Source: an uncultured Clostridia bacterium
GTDB lineage: Bacteria; Bacillota; Clostridia; TANB77; CAG-508
Direction: 5' to 3'
Assembly: GCA_944391755.1 (NCBI GenBank)
Contig: CALXUT010000001.1
Location: 2,959 to 66,958, forward strand
Length of the DNA stretch: 64,000 nt
Shown: positions 50,473 through 60,071 of the stretch, piece by piece
Layout: every line of letters begins with the position of its first letter
Position numbering within the stretch: the first letter of the stretch is position 1
Notes under the pieces: model-generated
Databases searched by the model: none
What the model was told of the DNA's origin: nothing
The model's input: only the letters and a program-made list of their open reading frames with translations
Program-made: the position numbers and the translations under genes

Positions 50473-51580
50473 TTACATATGTATATATTTTAAATAAGCC
50501 TCTATAAAACCATCTATATTTCCATCCATCACAGATTCCACATTACCAACTTCATAATTGGTTCTATGGTCTTTAACTAAAGTATATGGACAAAATACAT
50601 AAGATCGTATTTGATTTCCCCAAGCAATATCTTTTTGTTCACCTTTTAAATCTTCTATTTTTTCTTTTTGTTCTTTTTCTTTTAAATCCAATAATTTTGA
50701 TTTCAACATTTTCATAGCAGTTTCTCTATTTTGAATTTGAGAGCGTTCTGATTGACAAGCCACTACTATATTTGTTGGAATATGCGTAATTCTTACTGCT
50801 GATGAAGTTTTATTAATATGTTGACCTCCTGCACCTGAAGCTCTATATGTATCAACTCTTAAATCATCTGGATTTATTTCAATTTGTATATCATCTGTTA
50901 TTTCAGGCAAAACTTCTAGTGATGCAAAAGATGTATGTCTTCTACCACCTGCATCAAATGGTGAAATTCTTACTAATCTATGAACTCCCATTTCTCCTTT
51001 TAAATATCCATAGGCATTTTCACCAATTACTTCAAATGTTACACTTTTGATGCCAGCTTCTTCTCCTTCAAGATAATCTAGTTCTTTTACCTCATATCCA
51101 TTTTTTGCAGCCCATCTAGTATACATTCTATATAACATTTCTGCCCAATCTTGAGATTCTGTTCCTCCAGCACCTGGATGTAAAGTCAATATAGCATTAC
51201 TCTTATCGTATTTTCCTGATAACAATGTTTGCAATTCTATGTTTTCTATCTCTTTTTCTAATTTTGGAATTGACTTTTCTATTTCTCTAGCAATTTCATC
51301 ATCATTCTCTAATTTCATTAATTCTATTAAATCTTTTAAATTGCCAACTTCTTTTTCTGTCTTTTCATACATTTCTATTTTATTTTTTAATTGTTTTAAT
51401 TGTGATAATACTTTTCCTGTTTCCTGTGGTTCTTTTTGCCAAAATTCCTGTTCTTGAGTAGTTTTCTCTAGTTCTTGAACTTTTTGCTTTACTCTATCTA
51501 TGTCAAAGAGAATCTCCTAAACTTTTTAATTTTTCTCTTAATATTTCTAATTTTCTAAGATTTTCTTCTATATCTAACAT
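50473..51580 (-). CDS. prfB: Peptide chain release factor 2, requiring a programmed +1 frameshift
   Basis: Frame 0 runs from ATG 51580 through 25 codons to CTT TGA C. The +1 frame continues DIDRVKQK... into the 299-aa ORF, which carries the SPF and GGQ (GAGGQHINKT) motifs. Confidence 0.95.
51502..51519 (-). promoter_or_regulatory. prfB programmed +1 frameshift site
   Basis: Minus strand reads AGGAGATTCTCTTTGAC: an internal SD-like AGGAG followed by CUU UGA C. Confidence 0.9.
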
Positions 51581-51596
51581 ACTTTTTTTCCTTTCT

Positions 51597-52721
51597 TTAT
51601 GCATCATAATCATTTACACTTAATGTTGGATATGTAAACCACTGTCCTCCTTCAGTAAAAGTATTTGATTCTACATGATTTTGGTAAAATGTTGATGAAC
51701 CCCTTAAAAAATATTGGTACCTTGATTTATCTGATAATTTTCCTCCTCCAATGATTACCGGATCATCCCATGTTACATCAATTGCATACCAATTACCATC
51801 TAATTTTACATAATTCCATGCATGATTTTCTGTTTCATTATTACTATTTGTTGCTGTTCCAATGACAATAGTATTGTCAATCTCTAACTCATTCATTAAA
51901 TACTGAAATGCTTTTGCATATCCTTCACATACACATTTTTTTGACACTAATGCTCCATATATATTATAAATATTACTTTGCAATACGGTTGTATCATAAT
52001 CTATATTGTCAATAAGATAGTCATGAACAATTTTTATTTTCTCATAATCACTTTTTCCTGTAGTTAATGATAATATTTCATTTTTAGCTTGTTCAATTTT
52101 AGCATCTGCTTCATCTACACTTTGTTTTGAATAAAAACCTTCTGCTAAATAACTAACATTAGATGAATTATCAATATATACATTATATTTTATACCTGTT
52201 ATCCTTGTTATTTTTTCAATTTTTATATACATATTTGTTACTTCTAAATAAAAAATTTCTGGATTATCATATAACAAAGCCTCTATCGCAGATTGATATT
52301 CCCTTTTTAGTTCTTCTTCTCCACCTTCTTTAGATAGCAATGAACTAAAAGATTCTCCAAATTCAACTTTATAGGTACCTGTTTTTAAATTTTCTTTATT
52401 TTTATACAATTCACTATATATTGTTTTCGCAGTATTACTTAATTGGTTATATAAATTTCTATTTATTTTATTTTGTGTATTTGTATTATCTCCATTTACG
52501 CCAGAAAGTGTCATATTACTAGATGTTGTTACATCTTCGTTGTCAATCGTTGGATTGTCATATCCTCCTATAGAAATTCCTGATTCTTTGTCAAAATTTA
52601 TTTTTAAACTTCCCTCTCCCGTTATTTGCATATATATTGCATATCCAAACAATCCAATTAGTCCTATTAATAATATTACTACTACAATTAAAATTACAGT
52701 TACAAATCCTCTTCTTTTCAT
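51597..52721 (-). CDS. Transglutaminase-like cysteine protease-fold protein, membrane anchored
   Basis: N-terminal TM helix. The motif CVCEGYAKAF...NHAWNYV...IDVTWDD matches a Cys-His-Asp transglutaminase-core arrangement. Confidence 0.75.
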   Translation of the reverse strand: MKRRGFVTVILIVVVILLIGLIGLFGYAIYMQITGEGSLKINFDKESGISIGGYDNPTIDNEDVTTSSNMTLSGVNGDNTNTQNKINRNLYNQLSNTAKTIYSELYKNKENLKTGTYKVEFGESFSSLLSKEGGEEELKREYQSAIEALLYDNPEIFYLEVTNMYIKIEKITRITGIKYNVYIDNSSNVSYLAEGFYSKQSVDEADAKIEQAKNEILSLTTGKSDYEKIKIVHDYLIDNIDYDTTVLQSNIYNIYGALVSKKCVCEGYAKAFQYLMNELEIDNTIVIGTATNSNNETENHAWNYVKLDGNWYAIDVTWDDPVIIGGGKLSDKSRYQYFLRGSSTFYQNHVESNTFTEGGQWFTYPTLSVNDYDA

Positions 52722-52827
52722 TTGTTCCTCCTTTTTTCTCTAACTATATTTATTATACCATTTCTTTTTTATAAATGGTAGTATTTTTGATACTTTTTTA
52801 CGTTTAGTACTTTCAGGACATTCCTTT

Positions 52828-54510
52828 TTGTTAAATTTTTACGAAAAAGAACGTCCTTTGAATAAAAAAATGATTTTTGTAAATATTACAAATATGGAAA
52901 TTAAGAATTTTATTAATAATTTATTTAAGCAAAATAATGAAAATATTCACGATTTTTCAATTCTAAATGATAAAGGAAATATACCTCCAAATACACAGGA
53001 AATGAAAACAAATGTATTTCCTAGTATTCAACAAAATTTAGAATTTTTGAAAAGTAAATATAATACTTTACTAAATAGTGATATTATCATTAGAGAATTT
53101 AATATGTCAGCCAATAACAAAGAATATAAAGCTTTTATTATCTATATTGATGGGCTTGCAGATTCTATCTCTATCAATGATTTTGTGCTAGAACCTTTGA
53201 TGTTAAGAAGAAAACAAAACAATTCAATCTTTCAAAATAATCTCGCAGAATATGTTGATTATCGCCTGCTTCCACAAACAAGTGTGAAAAAAGTTACGGA
53301 ATTTGAAAAAGTTTTATCCAGTATAAATTCAGGGAACTGTTTACTTTTTATAGATACACTAACCATTGCTTTTGATATAGATGTAAAAAATTATAAGCAA
53401 AGAAGTATTAATAATCCTGAAAATGAAACAATTATAAAAGGTCCACAAGAAGGATTTATTGAAAACTTAAGAACAAATACATCTCTTTTGAGGCGTTCTG
53501 TCAATAATGAAAATTTAGTGATAGAAAATATTCCTGTTGGAAATATCAGTCAAACAAAATGCGGAGTTTGTTATATACAAAATATTGCAAATGGGGATTT
53601 AGTTGCTGAAGTAAAATACAGATTAAACAATTTATCTGTGGATTCTATTTTATCTACTGGACAATTAGAACAATTAATACAAGATGATGGAGATTTCGGT
53701 ATTCCAAAAATTATTTCAACAGAAAGACCTGATAAATGTACAAAATATTTATTACAGGGTCGTGTTGTTGTTTTAGTGAATGGAAATCCCTATGCTCTAA
53801 TTATGCCTGCAACGATAGAAGATTTTTTATTCTCACCAGAAGATACAAATCAAATACCACTTTTTGCGAATTTCCTAAGAATTATCAGAATCATTGCAGC
53901 AATCATAACATTATTATTGCCTGGTATTTATATGGCGATAACAAGTTTTCATCAGGAACTTTTGCCTACAGAGTTGCTATTTTCTATTTTAGCAGCTAGA
54001 GAAAATGTACCTTTTCCTATTATATTTGAATTATTATTAATGGAATTTTCTTTTGAATTAATTCGAGAAGCAGGTCTAAGAGTACCATCCCCTATAGGTT
54101 CAACTATCGGAATTGTTGGTGCTTTGATATTGGGCGATGCGGCCGTTAATGCTGGTATTGTTAGCCCTACATTAATCATTATTGTAGCAATTACTGGTAT
54201 TGCATCTTTTGCTATTCCAGACTTTGCATTTGGTTTTCATCTTCGAATTTTTAGATTCTTATTTATTGCACTTGGCGTGTCAACAGGTTTTTTAGGAATT
54301 GGAATAGGATTATTTATATATGCAACTGGATTATGTAGTTTAAAATCATTTGGAGTACCTTATACTACTCCAATTGCTCCTGCTTTTCATTCAAAAGGAA
54401 ATGGATATTTTATTCCACCTATTTGGAAACAAGAATATCGTGCTAGTTTCATTTCACCAAAAAAAGAAAAAACTCAAGATAAAATTAGTATGAAATGGAA
54501 ACAAGGATAA
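52828..54510 (+). CDS. GerA-family spore germination protein (A subunit / SpoVAF-like)
   Basis: GPQEGFIENLRTNTSLLRR, the IISTERPD region, and a C-terminal 4-5 TM segment are typical of GerAA-type proteins. The exact start is uncertain (TTG 52828, or the ATG at 52870 or 52894). Confidence 0.85.
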   Translation: MLNFYEKERPLNKKMIFVNITNMEIKNFINNLFKQNNENIHDFSILNDKGNIPPNTQEMKTNVFPSIQQNLEFLKSKYNTLLNSDIIIREFNMSANNKEYKAFIIYIDGLADSISINDFVLEPLMLRRKQNNSIFQNNLAEYVDYRLLPQTSVKKVTEFEKVLSSINSGNCLLFIDTLTIAFDIDVKNYKQRSINNPENETIIKGPQEGFIENLRTNTSLLRRSVNNENLVIENIPVGNISQTKCGVCYIQNIANGDLVAEVKYRLNNLSVDSILSTGQLEQLIQDDGDFGIPKIISTERPDKCTKYLLQGRVVVLVNGNPYALIMPATIEDFLFSPEDTNQIPLFANFLRIIRIIAAIITLLLPGIYMAITSFHQELLPTELLFSILAARENVPFPIIFELLLMEFSFELIREAGLRVPSPIGSTIGIVGALILGDAAVNAGIVSPTLIIIVAITGIASFAIPDFAFGFHLRIFRFLFIALGVSTGFLGIGIGLFIYATGLCSLKSFGVPYTTPIAPAFHSKGNGYFIPPIWKQEYRASFISPKKEKTQDKISMKWKQG

Positions 54511-54542
54511 GCCCAAAATAATTCTACAACATTTTCAAATAA

Positions 54543-54592
54543 AAAATAAGATATAACAATTTGAATAAACTATTGTTATATCTTATTTTTTA
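54543..54592. terminator. Bidirectional terminator between convergent genes
   Basis: AAAAAATAAGATATAACAAT-loop-ATTGTTATATCTTATTTTTT. Confidence 0.8.
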
Positions 54593-54922
54593 TCTCATAT
54601 CTCTTTCTATTGTAATCTCATATGCTGTTGCTATATCTTTAGGAGTTGTTGCTGTAATATATCCAGTTTCGCCATTAGGAATATCTGGAAAAAAAGTTTC
54701 TACTCTATCAATTGTATTTCCTTCACTATTTGTAGTGTCTGTCATATCTATTTCAGAAACAAATTGTCCAACCTCAATTTCATTATTTACTTCTGGATTT
54801 TGTTCCTCTTTCTTTTTATTTAATAAGATTATTGTCGCTATTATGATAGCAATAACTACTAGTACAATTGCAACGATTATTATCATTTTTTTATTTATTT
54901 TTCGTTTTTTATTTTTTTCCAT
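54590..54922 (-). CDS. Hypothetical single-pass membrane protein
   Basis: 110-aa ORF with a basic N-terminus, one TM helix and an acidic ectodomain. The overlapping plus-strand 185-aa ORF looks like a shadow. Confidence 0.55.
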   Translation of the reverse strand: MEKNKKRKINKKMIIIVAIVLVVIAIIIATIILLNKKKEEQNPEVNNEIEVGQFVSEIDMTDTTNSEGNTIDRVETFFPDIPNGETGYITATTPKDIATAYEITIERDMR

Positions 54923-54963
54923 ATTCCATTCAGGTTATTCCTGCTCTCCTTACTTAGTAAACA

Positions 54964-55101
54964 TTATTCTTCTACTTTTTCGAACATATCTTTTCCAACT
55001 CCACAAAGTGGGCAAACCCAATCTTCTGGTAAATCTTCAAATTTTACTCCTTCTTGTACTTCATCATAAATATATCCACATGCCATGCATCTATATTTCA
55101 T
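54964..55101 (-). CDS. Rubredoxin
   Basis: My translation [45 protein letters not shown] has two CxxCG motifs. AGGAGG lies 8 nt upstream. The ORF is below the ORF-track length cutoff. Confidence 0.85.
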   Translation of the reverse strand: MKYRCMACGYIYDEVQEGVKFEDLPEDWVCPLCGVGKDMFEKVEE

Positions 55102-55114
55102 ACTATACCTCCTA

Positions 55115-55654
55115 TTAATAATTTTCAGCTTTTATTTCAAAATAAGCTTTTGGATGGCTACATACAGGGCAAACTTCTGGAGCTTTTGTTCCCACTACAA
55201 TATGGCCACAGTTTCTGCATTTCCAGATTTTCACTTCTCCTGCTTCAAATACTTTACCATCTTTTACATTTGATAATAATTTTAAGTATCTTTCTTCATG
55301 CTCTTTTTCTATTTTTGCCACTTCTTCAAATAAATATGCAATATGTGTGAAGCCTTCTTCTTTTGCTGTTTTAGCAAATCCATCATACATATCTGTCCAT
55401 TCATAATTTTCTCCATCTGCTGCAGCTTGTAAATTTTCTGCTGTAGTCCCAATATCTCCACCATTTAGTAATTTGAACCACATTTTTGCATGTTCTTTTT
55501 CATTATCAGCTGTTTCTTGGAAAATGGCAGCTATTTGTTCATACCCCTCTTTCTTTGCTTTACTTGCAAAATATGTGTATTTATTTCTAGCTTGTGACTC
55601 TCCTGCAAATGCTGTCATTAGATTTTGTTCTGTTTTTGATCCTTTTAATTCCAT
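55115..55654 (-). CDS. Rubrerythrin
   Basis: Ferritin-like ExxH pairs ([18 protein letters not shown]) plus a C-terminal rubredoxin-type CRNCG...CPVC. The start is at [12 protein letters not shown], after GGAGG. Confidence 0.9.
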   Translation of the reverse strand: MELKGSKTEQNLMTAFAGESQARNKYTYFASKAKKEGYEQIAAIFQETADNEKEHAKMWFKLLNGGDIGTTAENLQAAADGENYEWTDMYDGFAKTAKEEGFTHIAYLFEEVAKIEKEHEERYLKLLSNVKDGKVFEAGEVKIWKCRNCGHIVVGTKAPEVCPVCSHPKAYFEIKAENY

Positions 55655-55755
55655 AACTATTACCTCCATTAATTTTTATTTGATTTTCATCATAAGAAGA
55701 ATATCATATTTTTGTTTTAAAATCAAGAGCTTTAATTTAATTTTATATTATATAA

Positions 55756-55841
55756 AAAAAGATATATTCTTGTTTTGAAGTCAAATACCCATAGGAAGAC
55801 CCCAACTATGTTTTTGACAAAAAATAGGAATATATCTTTTT
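55756..55841. repeat. Copy c of the conserved-core palindromic element
   Basis: The arms are AAAAAGATATATTC...GAATATATCTTTTT, the inner stem is GTCAAA/TTTGAC, and the core is ATACCCATAGGAAGACCCCAACTATGTT. On the minus strand it is followed by T7. Confidence 0.75.
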
Positions 55842-55863
55842 AGTTACTAAATAATAAAAATAA

Positions 55864-56466
55864 TTACTTTGTCATGATATGTATATTTTCTACTTCTGCA
55901 CTCATTTCTCTTGAAACAATATTTTGAATTTGTGCAATTTCATCAGTTTGTAATTCATCTGCTTTAATGATAACACTTATACTATCAACATTCACGAATA
56001 TAACGCAATCTTCAAAACCTTTGGTTGTAATTAAATTTTCACAAATCATAATGGCATTTTTTTCTTTATTTAATTCTGTTATTTCTTGTGTTACAATTGC
56101 TTTTTGCTCCTCTGATACATTTGTATTATTTAATATTTCTTGATAAGTTTCTAATGTCTGTGAATACATTGTATCTCTTGAAAGTTTTGATTCTTCAAAA
56201 TAGTCATCTTTATCATCTTCATTTTCTGTTTTTGAGTTTGTTTCAGTAACTACATCATTACTATTCACGAGTGTGGCATCCCCTAAATTTTCATCATTAT
56301 TTGTGACTGTATTCTGCGTATTTTCTGTATTCTGATTACTTTGTCCCATACTAACTGTTTCTAGTGTTTGTGTTTCTTTAGATATATAATTCCAATATCC
56401 AGCTGTAACAAGCATTAAAGCCAACACATAAATTGCTATTGATCCTTTTTTTAGTTTCATCTTCAT
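55864..56466 (-). CDS. spoIIIAH: Stage III sporulation protein AH
   Basis: Last gene of the operon. It has an N-terminal TM helix, an acidic linker and a C-terminal domain of SpoIIIAH size and position. Confidence 0.8.
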   Translation of the reverse strand: MKMKLKKGSIAIYVLALMLVTAGYWNYISKETQTLETVSMGQSNQNTENTQNTVTNNDENLGDATLVNSNDVVTETNSKTENEDDKDDYFEESKLSRDTMYSQTLETYQEILNNTNVSEEQKAIVTQEITELNKEKNAIMICENLITTKGFEDCVIFVNVDSISVIIKADELQTDEIAQIQNIVSREMSAEVENIHIMTK

Positions 56467-56498
56467 TTTTATAACCCCTTTCTCAATTTATTATGTAA

Positions 56499-57107
56499 TT
56501 ACTCTCCCATTTCAAATACTTGTATCTTATGTACAGCCAATCCTGTTACTGCTTCTACAGCACTCACAATAGAGGCTTTTGTATTCGCATTATTTGCTCC
56601 TTGTGCTGTAACAATTGCCCCTTCTATCACTGGCATCACAACCTTTTCAGTAATTGGTTTATTCTCTCCATTTTCATCTGAATATACAATTTCCTTCTTA
56701 TTTTCCGTTTCTGTTACATCTTTTGAAGTACCATCTCCATTATTCTCCTTAGAAGTACTTTCTGATGTAGTTTCATTATACATGGCCACTACTGTACTAC
56801 TTTCTGAATATTTTATTAACACTTTTACTTTGCCAACACCACTTATACTCTCTAAAATATCTTCTAATTTTGTTTCTAAATCGTCTGTTGTAGTTGTACC
56901 AGCATTGGTTTCTGCTAGTACTTTACCTGAATTTGATGTATTTTCTTTACTCTCCGTTTTATCTGTACTCCACATATTATTTATAATGATTACTGTTATT
57001 ATTAATATTATGATAAATACAATTATATTCTCTATTTGTCTTTTTTTATTTGTTTCCTTGCCCTCTTTTTCTTCTTGATTTATTTTAAAAAGATTCTTAA
57101 ACATCAT
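56499..57107 (-). CDS. spoIIIAG: Stage III sporulation protein AG
   Basis: TM anchor plus a conserved C-terminus (GKVKVLIKYSESS...VIEGAIVTAQGA...VHKIQVFEM). Confidence 0.85.
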   Translation of the reverse strand: MMFKNLFKINQEEKEGKETNKKRQIENIIVFIIILIITVIIINNMWSTDKTESKENTSNSGKVLAETNAGTTTTDDLETKLEDILESISGVGKVKVLIKYSESSTVVAMYNETTSESTSKENNGDGTSKDVTETENKKEIVYSDENGENKPITEKVVMPVIEGAIVTAQGANNANTKASIVSAVEAVTGLAVHKIQVFEMGE

Positions 57108-57128
57108 TTGCCTCCTTTGTAATTTTAG

Positions 57129-57635
57129 CTACTTTATAGTTATCTCAATTTTGCTTTCATCTATTTCGTATTCACTGATGATTTCATTTTTAATTTGATT
57201 AATTCCTGATTCATTTGCAGTATCTTCTACTGTCACTTTAATTAGATGAATACCTGCATTTTTTTGGGAAGTATCTAATTCTGCATCTATTGTACATTTG
57301 CTTATTACAAATCCCTTTTCCTCAAACTTCTTTGTTATATTATTTTCTAATTCTTCTAAATATATTTTCTCTAATCTCTTATCCATTGAAGATTGATCAA
57401 TAACATATTGAGAATTTGTCGTATTATTATATTGTTCTAAATCATATTCATCAATTGAAGTTAGAAGGTCTTTATTAGCCACAACTGGCGATAGGATATT
57501 AAATAATATATATACTCCAATTACCATCTGTATATATTTTTTGTTTTTATTATTCGGCAAAATTAATTCTATGATTGTAGCAATGATTACTGCTAAAACA
57601 ATCTGTTCCGCCCAAGAACTAAAAAATTCTATCAT
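57129..57635 (-). CDS. spoIIIAF: Stage III sporulation protein AF
   Basis: 168-aa ORF with two N-terminal TM helices. Its position and size are typical. Confidence 0.8.
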   Translation of the reverse strand: MIEFFSSWAEQIVLAVIIATIIELILPNNKNKKYIQMVIGVYILFNILSPVVANKDLLTSIDEYDLEQYNNTTNSQYVIDQSSMDKRLEKIYLEELENNITKKFEEKGFVISKCTIDAELDTSQKNAGIHLIKVTVEDTANESGINQIKNEIISEYEIDESKIEITIK

Positions 57636-58795
57636 CTGTACATCATCCCACTATTTGATATTTTTATAACCATAGTAATTCCTACAATCAGCATTATAGA
57701 AAGAGCACATACTATCCCTAGCAACACTTTAAATACTCCTCCCATTTCTTCTAGCAGTTTTACGATTTTTTCGTCAGCAATTGGCTGTACAATTGCAGAA
57801 GCTAAACTATATATGATACTTAATGTGGCTATTTTTATGATCGGCATAGCACAAATTCCAATAATGACAATCACACCAACAAAACCTACTGCATTTTTTA
57901 ATATTACTCCACATCCTAGTACACTATCTACAACATCTCCAAGCACTTTTCCTACAACGGGTATTACAGAAGATACTGCTGCTTTCGCTGTTTTAGCTGT
58001 AATTCCATCTACACTACTACTTAAAGTCCCTTCTAATGAAACAATACCTACAAATATTGTTAAAACAATTCCTAAAAACCAAATAACTCCTGATTTTAGA
58101 AATTTTGATAAGTTTTCAATTTGAACCTTTTGAGATATTTTAGATATTATTGAAAATACTACGATTACTAACATGATTGGTATTAAAATATTTTGTATGA
58201 TATTTCCAATAAAATTGATAGCAAATAATATGACAGGTTCTAATATGGTACTTGTCGCGATATTTCCTGTATAAACCATTAATGTAAGTAATAGTGGTAT
58301 TAATACATTTATCATTCCCACTAAATCGTTTGTTGTTTCTTTTACCAATTCTATTATATCTGTGAAATTTGCCATGATCAAAGTAACAATTAATATGTAT
58401 TGAACAAAATAGATAATTTGAGATATATGATTGTTTTCTAAATTATCAGTCATTGATTTCAGTATCCCATGTATGACGATGACAACTAAAATGCTAATTA
58501 AAATTTTTAAAGTAGAAGTGACTTCTGTTCCTAATAGACTTACTATTTTGGTATATAGTGTTTTATTATCAACATTTCCTTGTATTGCTTGATTGAATAT
58601 TTCGCCTATATCCATGTTTTCAAAAAAATCACCTGTATAATTTTCTATATCTTTTAAAAATTGAGATATATTAAAATTTTCTTGAGTAGATTCCATGATT
58701 TCTTCATTTGTTTCTTCACTTACTTCTTCTGTTTCGGCTAATACAGAAATTGGTATTAATATAATCAAAATAAATATAATGATTATTTTTTTCAT
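57632..58795 (-). CDS. spoIIIAE: Stage III sporulation protein AE
   Basis: 387-aa ORF with a signal peptide and a polytopic permease-like body, as in SpoIIIAE. Confidence 0.85.
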   Translation of the reverse strand: MKKIIIIFILIILIPISVLAETEEVSEETNEEIMESTQENFNISQFLKDIENYTGDFFENMDIGEIFNQAIQGNVDNKTLYTKIVSLLGTEVTSTLKILISILVVIVIHGILKSMTDNLENNHISQIIYFVQYILIVTLIMANFTDIIELVKETTNDLVGMINVLIPLLLTLMVYTGNIATSTILEPVILFAINFIGNIIQNILIPIMLVIVVFSIISKISQKVQIENLSKFLKSGVIWFLGIVLTIFVGIVSLEGTLSSSVDGITAKTAKAAVSSVIPVVGKVLGDVVDSVLGCGVILKNAVGFVGVIVIIGICAMPIIKIATLSIIYSLASAIVQPIADEKIVKLLEEMGGVFKVLLGIVCALSIMLIVGITMVIKISNSGMMYR

Positions 58796-58823
58796 ATGTA
58801 TTCCTTTCTTGTATCATAGCTAT

Positions 58824-59213
58824 TTATGGCAATATCTCCATAATTAATTCTAATAAACTAGTAATAATTGGTATTGACATTGTTATGATAATAACTTTGC
58901 TTCCAATTTCTATTTTACTGGCTATAGCTTTTTCGCCAGCATCAGAACATACACTTACAGCAAATTCTGTTAAAAATGCAATTCCTGTTATTTTTAGTAA
59001 AATAGTAAGAAAAGTTTTGTTTATATATGTTTTTTCCGATATGGATTGTAATAGATTGATGATTCCTGTTATTTTTTCAATAGCTAAAAATAGAATGAAT
59101 ATTCCAGCTATTATAGAAACATATATTGCGTATTCTGGTTTGTACTGTTTTAGTATGATGATAATAACTAATGCTATTAAACCGATTCCTATAATTTTAA
59201 TGATTTCTTCCAT
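58824..59213 (-). CDS. spoIIIAD: Stage III sporulation protein AD
   Basis: 129-aa four-TM protein in the conserved position. Confidence 0.85.
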   Translation of the reverse strand: MEEIIKIIGIGLIALVIIIILKQYKPEYAIYVSIIAGIFILFLAIEKITGIINLLQSISEKTYINKTFLTILLKITGIAFLTEFAVSVCSDAGEKAIASKIEIGSKVIIITMSIPIITSLLELIMEILP

Positions 59214-59224
59214 AATCCACCTCT

Positions 59225-59419
59225 TTACAAGTTGAATAAGGTTCTAACAGCATCAAATAAAGAGCTAATTTCTTGTATTACCATTGATAATACAATGACA
59301 AGTCCCGCTAGTGTTGTCATCATTGCTTGATCTTCTCTTCCTGCTCTTACTAATACTTGATGTAAAACTGCAACTAGAATTCCAATAGCTGCTATTTTAA
59401 ATAATAAGTTTATATCCAT
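59225..59419 (-). CDS. spoIIIAC: Stage III sporulation protein AC
   Basis: 64-aa two-TM protein. FKIAAIGILVAVLHQVL..AGREDQA is highly typical of SpoIIIAC. Confidence 0.9.
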   Translation of the reverse strand: MDINLLFKIAAIGILVAVLHQVLVRAGREDQAMMTTLAGLVIVLSMVIQEISSLFDAVRTLFNL

Positions 59420-59462
59420 GTTTTCCCCCTTTTTTAATTTATACTTACTACCTTTTAATTAT

Positions 59463-59551
59463 AAATGTTTATATATTCCTATTTTGAAGTCAAAGACCCA
59501 TAGGAAGACCACAGCTATGTTTTTGACAAAAATAGAAATATATAAACATTT
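59463..59551. repeat. Copy d of the conserved-core palindromic element, inside the spoIIIA operon
   Basis: The arms are AAATGTTTATATATTCCTATTTT / AAAATAGAAATATATAAACATTT, the inner stem is GTCAAA/TTTGAC, and the core is AGACCCATAGGAAGACCACAGCTATGTT. It occupies most of the 142-nt spoIIIAB-spoIIIAC spacer. Confidence 0.8.
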
Positions 59552-59561
59552 TTATTATTAC

Positions 59562-60071
59562 TTATATTAGTATAATTACAAAAACTAGCCCTATCACAAC
59601 TCCCAAAGTTTTATACATTTTTTGATTTTTCTTTTTCTCTTCCTCAGCTTTTTCTATTTGTACATCTAAAAACCCCTGTGTCACATCTATTTCACTAACC
59701 TGTCCTTCAACATCTGTTTGTCCAAGTAACTTTCCTAATTTTTTTAAAACATCTTTGTCTTCTTGATTGATACATATATCTGCTTCTTGAATACAATTTG
59801 TCCATACTTCTGAAACTTGAGCATAATGGATTTGATTTGCCATTTTTCCAAATATTTTTTCTATTTTTGTAGAATTCTCTTTTGCAATTTCCTTAAATAC
59901 CTCTTGTAAAGGTTCATATGTAAATTTGATTTTCGTTTTCATTATGTTTAAGATATTTTTAAATTCTTTGAGTTCTTTTACTCTATTTTCATAAATTTTG
60001 GATATGGTTATCCCTATTGCACTTGATAATGCAAATATTACTATTAACAAAAAGCATTTAAATATATACAT
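59562..60071 (-). CDS. spoIIIAB: Stage III sporulation protein AB
   Basis: 169-aa ORF with N- and C-terminal TM helices in the conserved position. Confidence 0.85.
   Translation of the reverse strand: MYIFKCFLLIVIFALSSAIGITISKIYENRVKELKEFKNILNIMKTKIKFTYEPLQEVFKEIAKENSTKIEKIFGKMANQIHYAQVSEVWTNCIQEADICINQEDKDVLKKLGKLLGQTDVEGQVSEIDVTQGFLDVQIEKAEEEKKKNQKMYKTLGVVIGLVFVIILI

Noticed and set aside
54561-55118. A 185-aa plus-strand ORF covering the region of the rubredoxin gene and the 110-aa membrane-protein gene.
   Set aside because: It is a low-complexity Ile/Leu/Phe/Ser-rich translation that starts inside a bidirectional terminator. The opposite strand encodes a textbook rubredoxin with a strong Shine-Dalgarno. 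It is a shadow ORF typical of AT-rich DNA, as are the other plus-strand ORFs nested in minus-strand genes (for example 46293-46754, 62733-63236 and 9954-10331).
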